A stretch of DNA of 64,000 nt from Mustelus asterias. Its lineage: Eukaryota. The notes below the pieces were generated by a model that saw only the letters and a program-made list of their open reading frames with translations, had not been told where the DNA came from and did not search any database. The stretch covers positions 1,426,001-1,490,000 of the forward strand of contig NC_135819.1 of assembly GCF_964213995.1 (NCBI RefSeq). The letters are read 5' to 3'. Made by a program: the position numbers and the translations under genes. This document shows positions 1 to 12,000 of the stretch, one piece after another; position 1 is the first letter of the stretch; the number at the start of each line of letters is the position of its first letter.

Positions 1-46
1 CCAATAATGGATTCCAAATTGCTGTAGGACATAAAGGCGAGTAGAG
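1..46 (-). CDS. ADGRE1-like: ADGRE-like GAIN exon, partial ([16 protein letters not shown])
   Basis: Acceptor cactgccag at 47-48, phase 1. Matches the AVAF(I/V)SY..(L/M)ES(I/V) motif of ADGRE GAIN domains. Confidence 0.8.
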
Positions 47-3000
47 CTGGCAGTGCAGAATAGAAACCGATAAAGATCAGATCAGTAATGCAAAATGAAA
101 TCGCACAGGGAGCCGTTACTCAAACCCAAAACCCAAAACCCCGCTGCTGTGCTTGTTGACCTGTGTTGGATTCTGATCAAGCTCAACATAGCAACTGGAA
201 GCAGGAGGAGGCCATTGGGCCCTTCGAGTCTGCTCCGTCATTCATTAAGATCATGGTTGATCATCAAATTCAATCCTGATATACAATAAAAAAACAAATC
301 AAATTTCACAACATTAAACATGATGTATAAATGCAAGCTGGAATGAACAGATGAATTTGGTGTGCATTTACTCTGGATGGTGTGATAAACATGTGGAGGG
401 AATTCTACTCAAGACAACAATATTTGCAGGGGGTCTTGGCTGCCTGTCACTGATCGGAAGTGGTCCCTGCTCTAATCTGCCTTTAAGGCACATCTGCATG
501 ACATCACTAAAAGGGGCATGTGTCATGTAACCCTGCCTTAGTTTCACCATTGCTTTGAGCAGAGCACACACACATACAGCTGCTCTCACCCTGTGCGGAA
601 GGTGATTAGGTGAGGGGGTGGGGAGAGAGGGTGTTGGATCTGGACATTAATAGGTCCAGACAACAGGTGGTCAAAGGGGTCATGTCTCCTGACGTCTGCT
701 CCCTCTTCTGTGACTAAATTCGCTGCCGGGTGACCCTGGAAAGGGAGCATGGGGGTGGACACCAGCAAAACTGCGACCGTCCGTGTCCAATGGACCCCCA
801 ACCCCGAGGACTCGGATGTTTCAATCGACCCCTTTAATCACATTATAAGTTTCTTTTGAGGTTGCAATGTCCTCACGATGTCAGGGATTGTGGGTTTTAC
901 ACAAAAAGAAAAAAAGCTGGGGTTTACAGTTGTAGGGTCTTGTTTTCTTCTTCAGAATAAACTTGAGCATGACTGGTTCGAAGTAAATACTCCTTTATTT
1001 AAGCGTCTTTTATGAGCATTTTACAGAAAGCGAAATAAGGATTACTTAAGAGAGAGAGAGAGAAGCAAAAGCCAGCTAGCATTGTGCTGGTCAAAAACTC
1101 AAAGCATAATCTGGATCAAACGCTGGCATCTCCACATCATGCCTGTACAGAACAGAGATCAAAACTACAGCCTGTGACAAACCTCAATGACATCACCATC
1201 AAACCATGTGATCAGCTCTCAAATTATTCATGCAAACCTTTTAAATATACAACAGAGATTCTGTTTATGTTGCTACAGTAGCCCTTCAAGTGGCTGCATT
1301 TTAATTTATCCCTCAATTCGCTGATTTAGTTTATTTCAATAACACTAAAGAACCACAGCTCTGATGCTTTCGAGCTTTCTAGCTGTATATAAAAGCGTTC
1401 TCACATGCCTAGTCTTAATAAATTAAACCATAACGTGTTTATCCAATCACCAACAACCTGTCCTGATCCCTCCACGCTGACGCGATCGTTAAGAAAGCCC
1501 ACCAACACCTTTACATTCTCAGGAGGCTACGGAAATTTAGCATGTCCACTATGACTCTCACCAATTTTTTCAGATGCACCATAGAAAGCATTCTTGGTTT
1601 GGCTCCTGCTCTGACCAAGACTGCAAGAAACTACAAAGGTAGCCCAGTCCATCACGCAAACCAGCCTCCCATCCATTGACTCTGTCTACACATCCCGCTG
1701 CCTCAAAAAAGCAGCCAGCATAATCAAGGGCTCCACGTACCCCGGACATTCTCTCTTCCGCCTTCTTCCATCAGGAAAAAGATACAAAAGTCTGAGAACA
1801 AGTGCCAACGGACTCAAGAACAGCTTCTTCCCTGCTGCCATCAGACCTTTGAATGGTTCTATCACACATTAAGCTGATCTTTCTCTACACTCTAGCTGTG
1901 ACTGTAACACTACATTCGGCACCCTCGCCTTTCCTTCTGCCCTGTGTACTCTATGAACAGTATGCTTTGTCTGTATAGCACGCAAGAATCAATACTTTTC
2001 ACCGTATCCGTTTACATGTGACAATAATAAATCAAATCAAAACCAAATCAATCCCTGATGAGTGATTGGTGTCTTGTACAGCCAATAAGCCCAAGGTATT
2101 ATATCATTGTAATAACACAACACCTGGGAAAGTTTGGAAGTTATTTGTGTAATACTCACTCACAATTGCAGGTAAATAAAGTGGAAACATACCAGAGTCC
2201 TTGTCGCCAATAATTGTGCTGGAGTACACATTCAAGGTGTTTCCTTTGGCTTGTAATGTCATCATGTCACTCCCAGTGATGTTGCCCCTTTCAATGAAAC
2301 CTATTTGAAGATCTGGTGGGAATAAGCAAAGAAGATTTGAAAATCACATCATGCCTGAGGCTGGTATCTCTCCATTGCTCCATAAGATGCAATGCCGGGA
2401 ATGATCCTTCAGTGGGCATTGCTGCTGGACCCCTGGACCATAAGACCATAAGATATAGGAGCAGAATTAGGCCATTCGGCCCATTGAGTCTACTCTGCCA
2501 TTCAATCATGGCCGATATGTTTCTCAACAGCCATTCTCCCACCTTTTCCCCACAACCTTTGACCCCCTTACCAATCAGGAACCTACCTATCTCTGTCTTA
2601 AATACACTCAGTGACCTGGCCTCCACAGCCTTCTGCGGCAATGAATTCCATAGATTCACCAATCTCTGGCTGAAGAAATTCCTCCTCATCTCGGTTCTAA
2701 AGGGTTACTCTGAGGCTGTGCCCTCGATTCTTAGTCTCTCCTACTAATGGAAACATCTTCCCCACGTCCACTCTATCCAGGCCATCTGTAAGTTTCAATG
2801 AGATCCCTCCTCATCCTTCTAAACTCCATCAAGCACAGACCCAGCATCCTCAGATGCTCCTCAAACATTAAGCTTTTCATTTCCGGGATCATTCTCGTGA
2901 ACCTCCTCTGGTCCCTCCCCAGGGCCAGCACATCCTTCCATAGATACGGGGCCCACAATTGTTCACAATATTCCAAATGTGGTCTGACCAGAGCCTTGTA

Positions 3001-6000
3001 AAACCTTAACATCCCTGTTTTTGTATTCTAGTCCTCTTGAAATCAATGCTAATATCCTATTTGCCTTCCTAACTACATGGGCATGCGTGAATGGGTGGGA
3101 TTGGAGTCACAAGGAGGGATCACCAGTGATGGAGATGGCGGGGGAAGTGGGAGGGCACGGGTTCAGATGCCAAGACAGGAGGTTGCCTTTCAGTGACACC
3201 GCTCCCCTGCCCCCTCATCACCCCACCATGCTAGGCCCCTTGATCGGGCACTGAGTGCTGGTCAAAGAGGGATGAACCCCACCTCACCCCACTGAGGCCT
3301 AAGGAAATTCCGGCAGGGGGCCCGATTTTAACAAGTTGGTAAAGTCGGGCGTGAGGCGAGTAGCGCGATCCGCGACCGCCTCCACGCCTGTTCCCCCTTT
3401 CCCAAGCACCCAAAATGGCCGCGATCGGCATAAGACATAGGAGCAGAATTAGGCCACTCGGCCCATCGAGTCTGCTCCGCCATTCAATCATGGCTGATAT
3501 TTTTCTCATCCCCATTCTCCTGCCTTTTCCCCATAACCCCTGATCCCCTTATTAATCAAGAGTTTAGAATGATGAGGGGGGGATCTCATTGAAACCTGCA
3601 GAATACTGAAAGGCCCGGATAGAGTGGACATGGGGAAGATGTTTCCATTAGTAGAAAGACTAGGATCCGAGGGCACAGCCTCAGAGTAAAGGGATGACCC
3701 TTTAGAACCGAGAGGAGGAGGAATTTCTGCAACCAGTGGGTGGCGAATCTGTGGAATTCATTGCCACAGAAGGCTGTGGAGTCCAGGTCATTGAATGCAT
3801 TTCAGACTGAGATAAATAGGTTCTTGATTGGTGAGGGGATCAAAGGTTACGGAGAAAAGACAGGAGACTGGAGTTGAGAAACATATCAGCCATGATTGAA
3901 TGGCGGAGATGATTCGATGGACTGAATGGCCTGATTCTGCTCCTATAACTTATGGTCTGGCGGGGGGGGGGGGGGGGGCGGGGGGGTGGAAGCGGGGGTT
4001 GGAGGGGGGGGTGCAGCCATTAGAGGATCAGGTTTTATTCTCTCTTGTGTTGGGTCCAGTACATCTGGAGCGTTCTCTGTTTGTGAGGTAGATGCAGAGC
4101 TTTACCTAAGGTAGGGGTTGTCCAATTTGTGTTTCCTGCTTTGCGTAAGCCCAGAGCAGCTGCTACCACAGCGCTTTCCATATTTTCCAGGAATTGGCTG
4201 GCTACTTTGTGTTTCTCTGTATCGCTTGCATTTTTCCAATCCGTTACATTGCTGAGTAGACCTTCTGCAAAATGAAGAACCGTCTGCCGAGTAAAGCAAT
4301 GCGTTATTTTTGAGTGAAGGCAGAAATAAATTTTTTTCAACACATTCAAGAAAGAAATATTGTTCTTCTGAATAACATTGAACAGTCATGTGAATAAATG
4401 GCACGCCGGTAAAGATCGGAATAATCACACACAAACTAATGTTACTTGCTTTATTACTATTAGGGCGGCATGGTGGCACAGTGGTTAGTGCTGCTGCCTC
4501 ACAGCGCCAGGGACCCGAGTTCAATTTTGGCCTCGGGTGACTGTCTGTGTGGAGTCCACATGTTCTCCCTGTGTCTGCGTGGGTTTTCTCTGGGGGTTCC
4601 GGTTTCTTTCCACACTCCAAAGATGTGTAGGTTAGATGGATTGGCCATGCTAAATTGCCCCTTAGTGTCCAAAGATGTGTGGGTTAGCTGGATTGGCCAT
4701 GCTAAATTGCCCCTTAGTGTCCAAAGATGTGTGGGTTAGCTGGATTGGCCATGCTAAATTGTCCCTTAGTGTCCAAAGATGTGTGGGTTAGCTGGATTGG
4801 CCATGCTAAATTGTCCCTTAGTGTCCAAAGATGTGTGGGTTAGCTGGATTGGCCATGCTAATTGCCTCTTACTATCGAAAGATGTGTGGGTTAGGTTGAG
4901 TGGCCATGCTAAATTGACCCTTAGTGTAGGGGGACTAGCAGGTTGAATACATGCGGGGAGAGGGCCGGGGTGGGATAGTTGTTGGTGTAGGCTTGATGAG
5001 CCAAATGGCCTCTTTCTGCACTGTAGGGATTCTATGGATTACTCCCACAGTTTTCTTTCTTCACGACACAAATTAAAAAAAACTGTTCAAAATGAATAAA
5101 AGGAGATCTGAACAGATCAGGTACAGTGTGATAGGCTAGAGTTATTTTCCTTAGAGGAGAGGAGGCTAAGGGGTTGACCTAATTGAGGTGTATATCACAT
5201 CTCGGCCTTTTGGCCAAAATCAAGCTTCAGATCAAGTCCAAGATGGGACTTATCTTGTCAACTTGGATCATGTTGTCTCTCTTGGGGGGCGGCCATGAAT
5301 TGGAAATAGAATTGGAGCAAGCAAAGAGATGGACTCAGATATGCACGATCCACACTTAACATTGGCTTTGTAACTTTAAGAATGGAGTAAAAATTTAAAT
5401 TAAAAATTGAAGTGTATGATATTATGAACGGCCCAGACAGGATAGACAGGAAAGATTACAGCCGGCACAGCAGCACAGTGGTTAGCACTGCTGCCTCTCA
5501 GCGCCAGGGACCAGGGAGGCGCCAGTGCTAACCACTGTGCCACTGTGCCACCCAACAATTTCTTCTACCACTCTGACAAAGGATCATCCAGACTCGAAAC
5601 GTTCTCTCTCCACAGATGCTATCAGGCCTGCTGAGAATTTCCAGCATTTTCTGCTCATTGCAGTGTTCATGTCAGCCTACTTGCGACACTAATATAAAAA
5701 CTTTAAACTTTTTGCTGCGTTACAATGAGTGGCAAATTTTTTTTCTCTCTTCTTTGGCCGGGGCAGCCACGATGGGCTGAATGGTTCCTTTCCTATCCCT
5801 GTAACCGCATGTATTCACCTTGCTAATCCCCCTTTCTGCAGTGTAACCTGTCCATGGTTCCATCTGTGACTGGCTAAAGCTTGTCATTAATCTCCCAAGG
5901 AGTATTACCAGACTAAATAATTCACAGCAAGAAGCCAAGGGAGGAGATTTTTGTAAAATAGATGCTGCAGATACAAATTCAAAATAAAAACAGAAAATAC

Positions 6001-9000
6001 TGGAAAAACTCAGCAGGTCTGGCAGTGTCTGTGGAGCGAGAAACAGAGTCAATGTTTTGAGTCCCTACGACTCTTCTACAGAGTTCAAGCGAGGTAGAGG
6101 TGTGGCAGGTTTTATGCTGAGGCGATTTTAGGACTGATATGCAAAAAGAACTTGGTCAAATCAGCAGATTTTAAGGAACATGTTAAAGGAGGACAGGGAC
6201 AGACTGAGAGACTGAGAGGTTTACAAAGGGAATTCCAGAGCTTAGGGCAAACACATCATCAATGGTGAGGCAAGGGGAATCAGGGATGCAAAGTAGGCCT
6301 AAAATAGAGGGATACAGAGTTCTCAACAAACATAATATCGTCATTGGCAGCAAGGGAAGCGAACATCGTTTGTGAAAGTGGTGGCGTTGGAGGCAGTTTA
6401 GAGGAGGTTCACCAGACTGATTCTGGGGATGAAAGAACAAAGAAAATTACAACACAGGGACAGGCCCTTTGACCCTCCAAGCCTGCACTGAAAGGGTTGT
6501 TGTATGAGGAGAGATTAAACAGTTTGGGCTTATACTCGCTGGAGTTTAGAAGGATGAGAGGGGATCTGATCGAGGAATATAAAATACTAAAAGGGATTGA
6601 TAACAGTAAATGTAGATCAAATGTTTCCCCGTGTGGGGAACCTCGAACAAGAGGCCACGGGTATAGGTTGAGAGGCGGTAGATTTAAAACTGAGATGAGG
6701 AAGAACTACTTGTGGCAGAGGGTGGTGAATTTGTGGGACTCGCTGCCCCATCGCGCGGGGGAGTCTGAATCATTGAATGGTTTCAAGAAGGAGATAGATA
6801 TAGAGATAGATTTTTTTTTAAAAACAGGTTAAAGGGAGATGGGGAACAGGTGGGGAGGTGGATTTGAGACCAGGGAGAGATCAGCCATGATCTGATTGAA
6901 TGGAGGAGCAGGCTCAAGGTGCTGATTCCTTTGACTCCCTTTGGACCCCATCACTCGCTGAGGTCAGCAACATCACCACTACTTTCTGTCAATAAGAGCT
7001 CTGCTGGTAAAATGTTCCTCATAATTAGACATGAATTAGACTTTGCCTTTGAGAATTCAGCACGGGTAAAGGATTCCGAGACTCACCTGCACAGGAACAA
7101 CAGCTCCAGCATCGTTGCACACCTTCTTGTCTAAGATTGTGGACTGATTCATGAAGCGACAGATCAGGGAATCAGCATTCTGTTTGTTTAACACAAAACA
7201 TTGAACACCTGAAGAAACTGCGGCACCATTGACAGTTTTTTCAACGCCACACAAAAAAAATTGGACCAGCATGTGGGTGGTCCACCGCAATGGAGATACA
7301 GATAGATCAAACATTCATCACATCTCTCTCCATGCACCCCCCTCCCCCCCACCCCCCCACACCACCACCTCTTCCATCGAATGACAAAGGGAGCGGCTTG
7401 GGATAATTGATGGGAGATGGGGAGGATGCTTCATCGATACCACAACAGAGAACAACAGAGCCTCTTCCAAGGCATGACGCTGAGCAGAAATAAAACAGCA
7501 ATCTCCTCAAGCTGTCAATCATTTCAGACTGTCATTCCCCTCAGGCTGTCAATCCCCTCACCCCAGACATTCTCTCTTCCGCCTCCTTCCGCCGAGAGAA
7601 AGATACAAATGTCGGAGGTCACGTATCAACTGACTCAAGCACAGCTTCTTCCCTGCTGCTGTCAGACTTTTGAATGGACCCATCACACATTAAGCTGATC
7701 TTCCTCTACGCCCAGGACCCGATTTTACCATTGCGTTGCGCCCTATTTCGGGCGCAAAAACTTGGTAAAATCGGGCGTGAGGCGAGTAGCATAATCCGCG
7801 CCCACCTCCGCGCTGGTTCCCCCCTTACCAAGACCCGAAAATGGCCACGATTGGGACTTTTTTGCATGCATTTAAATTGACTTAATGGGCTGCACGCCCA
7901 ACCTTACCGGCACTTCCCCTTTCCCACGCATTCGCCCAACCAGAGTCGGCGCGAAACAGACATGGCAGATTCGGGCGCTCCAGTTATTGAGGAGTAAGTG
8001 CCGAGCGTCCGATGGCTCTCTGCTTGAGATCGGAGTAGGAGGAAGGTGGGGTCCGCTGCCAGTCTGCCTGAGATTGGTGAGGGGGAAAGGGGGGTCCGCT
8101 GCCACTCTGCCTGAGATCGGTGAGGGGGAAAGGGGGGTCCGCTACCACTCTGCCTGAGATCAGTGAGGGGGAAAGGGGGGGTCCGCTGCCACTCTGCCTG
8201 AGATCGGTGAGGGGGGAAGGGGGTGTCCGCTACCACTCTGCCTGAGATCAGTGAGGGGGACAGGGGGGTCCACTGCCACTCTGCCTGAGATCAGTGAGGG
8301 GGAAAGGGGGATCCACTGCCACTCTGCCTGAGATCAGTGAGGGGGAAAGGGGGGTCCACTGCCACTCTGCCCGAGATCAGTGAGGGGGAAAGGGGGGGTC
8401 CGCTGCCACTCTGCCTGAGGTCAGTGAGGGGGAAAGGGGGGTCCGCTACCACTCTGCCTGAGATCAGTGAGGGGGAAAGGGGGGTCCACTGCCACTCTGC
8501 CTGAGATCAGTGAGGGGGAAAGGGGGGTCCACTGCCACTCTGCCTGAGATCAGTGAGGGGGAAAGGGGGGTCCGCTGCCACTCTGCCTGAGATCAGTGAG
8601 GGGGAAAGGGGGGTCCACTGCCACTCTGCCCGAGATCAGTGAGGGGGAAAGGGGGGGTCCGCTGCCACTCTGCCTCAGGTCAGTGAGGGGGGGAAGGGGG
8701 TGTCCGCTACCACTCTGCCTGAGATCGGTGAGGGGGAAAGGGGGGTCCGCTACCACTCTGCCTGAGATCAGTGAGGGGGGAAAGGAGGGTCCGCTGCCAC
8801 TCTGCCTGAGATCGGAGGGAGAAAGGGGGGTCCGCTGCCACTCTGCCTGAGATCGGTGAGGGGGAAAGGGGGAGTCCGCTGCCACTCTGCCTGAGATCGG
8901 AGGGGGAAAGAGGGGTCCGCTACCACTCTGCCTGAGGTCAGTGAGGGGGAAAGGGGGGTCCGCTACCATTCTGCCTGAGATTGGTGAAGGGGGAAGGGGG

Positions 9001-12000
9001 TCACAATCGGTCTGGGTGGCAGGGGTGTGGGGGCGATAAGGGGGTCAGTAATGTTGTGTGGGTGGGGCAGTGTCTGTGGGGGTCAGGGGGAGGCATTATC
9101 CGGCCCAGGAGGGAGGTGGTAGGGGAGCAGCATTCTATGCGCAGTTGGAGGCGCCGATTGGTGCTGCAGGATTTCGGGCATGTTAAGCCCCGCCCACAGG
9201 TTTCTGCAGGATGATTGGGAATCGCTGGTATTTTTTCAGGCAGAGTGTGTATGGGAACGCCGGAGAACAGGTCGACACTCCCAGTTTCAAGTCCGCCCAG
9301 CACTTCGAATGAAAATGGTAAATTAGGTCCCCCTATCTGACTGTAACATTACATTCTGCACCCTCTCCTTTCCTTCTCCCCAATGTACTCTATGAAAGGT
9401 ATTTTTGACACTTTTCATCGCAAACCAACACGTGACAATAATAAATCAAATCAAAGAATGTTACAGAGACTGAACAGCAGCAGTTTAGATTAGTTTAGAT
9501 CAGTGTAGATTGCGGTCTGGTTTTACAGCAGCCATTTTACTCTGAATGTCTTCGCAGCCACTGTAACTTGTAGACTGAGTGGTCATGTGACGTCACGACG
9601 ACAAAAGGGTCATGTGACGGGAGCGTGGGAGTTCTCCCTCAGCACAGCACAAGCACTGGAGTAGTGGCTCAGCAAGTGAAGAAAGTATCGCTTGTAACAA
9701 GTCCTTGGCTGCCATTGTTTCAGGAATGATGTGGAGATGCCAGCGTTGGACTGGGGTAAACACAGTAAGAGGTTTAACAACACCAGGTTAAAGTCCAACA
9801 GGTTTATTTGGTAGCAAAAGCCACACAAGCTTTCGGAGCTCCAAGCCCCTTCTTCAGGTGAATGGGAATTCTGTTCACAAACAGGGCATATAAAGACACA
9901 AACTCAATTTACAGAATAATGATTGGAATGTGAATACTTACAGCTAATCAAGTCTTTAAGATACAAACAATGTGAGTGGAGAGAGCATTAAGACAGGTTA
10001 AAGAGATGTTTATTGTCTCCAGACAGGACAGCCAATGAGACTCTGCAGATCCAGGCAAGTTGTGGGGATTACAGATAGTGTGACATGAATCCAATATCCC
10101 GGTTGAGGCTGTCCTCACGTGTGCGGAACTTGGCTATCAGTCTCTGCTCAGCGACTCTGCGCCATCATGTGTCATGAAGACCGCCTCGGAGAACGCTTAC
10201 CCAAATATCAGAATGCCCGTGACCGCTGAAGTGTTCCCTAACAGGAAGAGAACTGTCTTGCCTGGTGATTGTCCAGCGGTGTTCATTCATCTATTGTCGC
10301 AGCATCTGCATAGTTTCCCCAATGTACCATGCCTCGGGACATCCTTTCCTGCAGCGTATCAGGTAGACAACGTTGGCCGAGTTGCAAGAGTATGTACCGT
10401 GTACCTGGTGGATGGTGTTCTCATGTGAGATGATGGCATCTGTGTCGATGATCCGGCATGTCTTGCAGAGGTTGCTGTGGCAGGGTTGTGTGGTGTCGTG
10501 GTCACTGTTCTCCTGAAGGCTGGGTAGTTTGCTGCGGACAATGGTCTGTTTGAGGTTGCGTGGTTGTTTGAAGGCAAGAAGTGGGAGTGTGGGGATGGCC
10601 TTGGCGAGATGTTAATCTTCATCAATGACATGTTGAAGGCTCCGGAGGAGATGCCGTAGCTTCTCCGCTCCGGGGAAGTACTGGACGACGAAGGGTACTC
10701 TGACCACCGTGTCCCGTGTTTGTCTTCTGAGGAGGTCGGTGCGGTTTTTCGCTGTGGCGCGTCGGAACTGTTGATCAATGAGTCGAGCGCTATATCCTGT
10801 TCTTATGAGGGCATCTTTCAGCGTCTGGAGGTGTCTGTTGCGATCCTCCTCATCCGAGCAGATCCTGTGTATACGGACGGCTTGTCCGTAGGGGATGGCT
10901 TCTTTAACGTGTTTAGGATGGAAGCTGGAGAAGTGGAGCATTGTGAGGTTATCCGTGGGCTTGCGGTATAGCGAGGTGCTGAGGTGACCGTCCTTGATGG
11001 AGATGCGTGTGTCCAAGAATGCAACCGAGTAGTCCACGCTGAGTCTGATGGTGGGATGGAACTTGTTGATGTCATCATATAGTTGTTTCAGCTCCTCCGG
11101 AGCCTTCAACATGTCATTGATGAAGACGAACATCTTGCCAAGGCCATCCCCACACCCCCACTTCTTGACTTCAAACAACCGCACAACCTCAAACAGACCA
11201 TTGTCCGCAGCAAACTACCCAGCCTTCAGGAGAACAATGACCACGACATCACACAACCCTGCCACAGCAACCTCTGCAAGACGTGCCGGATCATCGACAC
11301 AGATGCCATCATCTCACATGAGAACACCATCCACCAGGTACACAGTACATATTCTTGCAACTCGGCCAACGTTGTCTACCTGATACGCTGCAGGAAAGGA
11401 TGTCCCGAGGCATGGTACATTGGGGAAACCATGCAGACGCTGCGACAACGGATGAATGAACACCGCTCGACAATCACCAGGCAAGACTGTTCTCTTCCTC
11501 TTAGGGAGCACTTCAGCGGTCACAGGCATTCGGCCTCTGATATTCGGGTAAGCGTTCTCCAAGGCGGCCTTCACGACACATGACGGCGCAGAGTCGCTGA
11601 GCAGAAACTGATAGCCAAGTTCCACACACATGAGGACGGCCTCAACCGGGATATTGGATTCATGTCACACTATCTGTAATCCCCACAACTTGCCTAGAGC
11701 TGCAGAGTCTCACTGGCTGTCCTGTCTGGAGACAATAAACATCTCTTTAACCTGTCTTAATGCTCTCTCCACTCACATTGTTTGTATCTTAAAGACTTGA
11801 TTAGCTGTAAGTATTCACATTCCAACCATTATTCTGTAAATTGAGTCTGTGTCTTTATATGCCCTGTTTGTGAACAGAATTCCCATTCACCTGAAGAAGA
11901 GGCTTAAGGCTCCGAAAGCTTGTGGCTTTTGCTAACAAATAAACCTGTTGGACTTTAACCTGGTGTTGTTAAACTTCTTACATTGTTTCAGGAATCCAGT

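Noticed and set aside
360-1450. Possible LTR or other repeat remnants
   Set aside because: I could not define termini, TSD or coding motifs by eye.
5819-5964. Open AG..GT interval in ORF 5720-6052 as a possible extra ADGRE exon
   Set aside because: It would be phase 1-0 between phase-0 neighbours, shows no ADGRE similarity, and its acceptor lies at a repeat edge. Use as an alternative exon is not excluded but is unsupported.
7180-7208. Upstream alternative acceptor (tttcttcag) for the 7087 exon
   Set aside because: It needs phase 1, but the preceding exon ends in phase 0. The acceptor at 7180-7181 fits.
7885-8969. Repetitive ORFs and CRISPR-like periodicity
   Set aside because: This is a minisatellite with no unique spacers, in a eukaryotic context.
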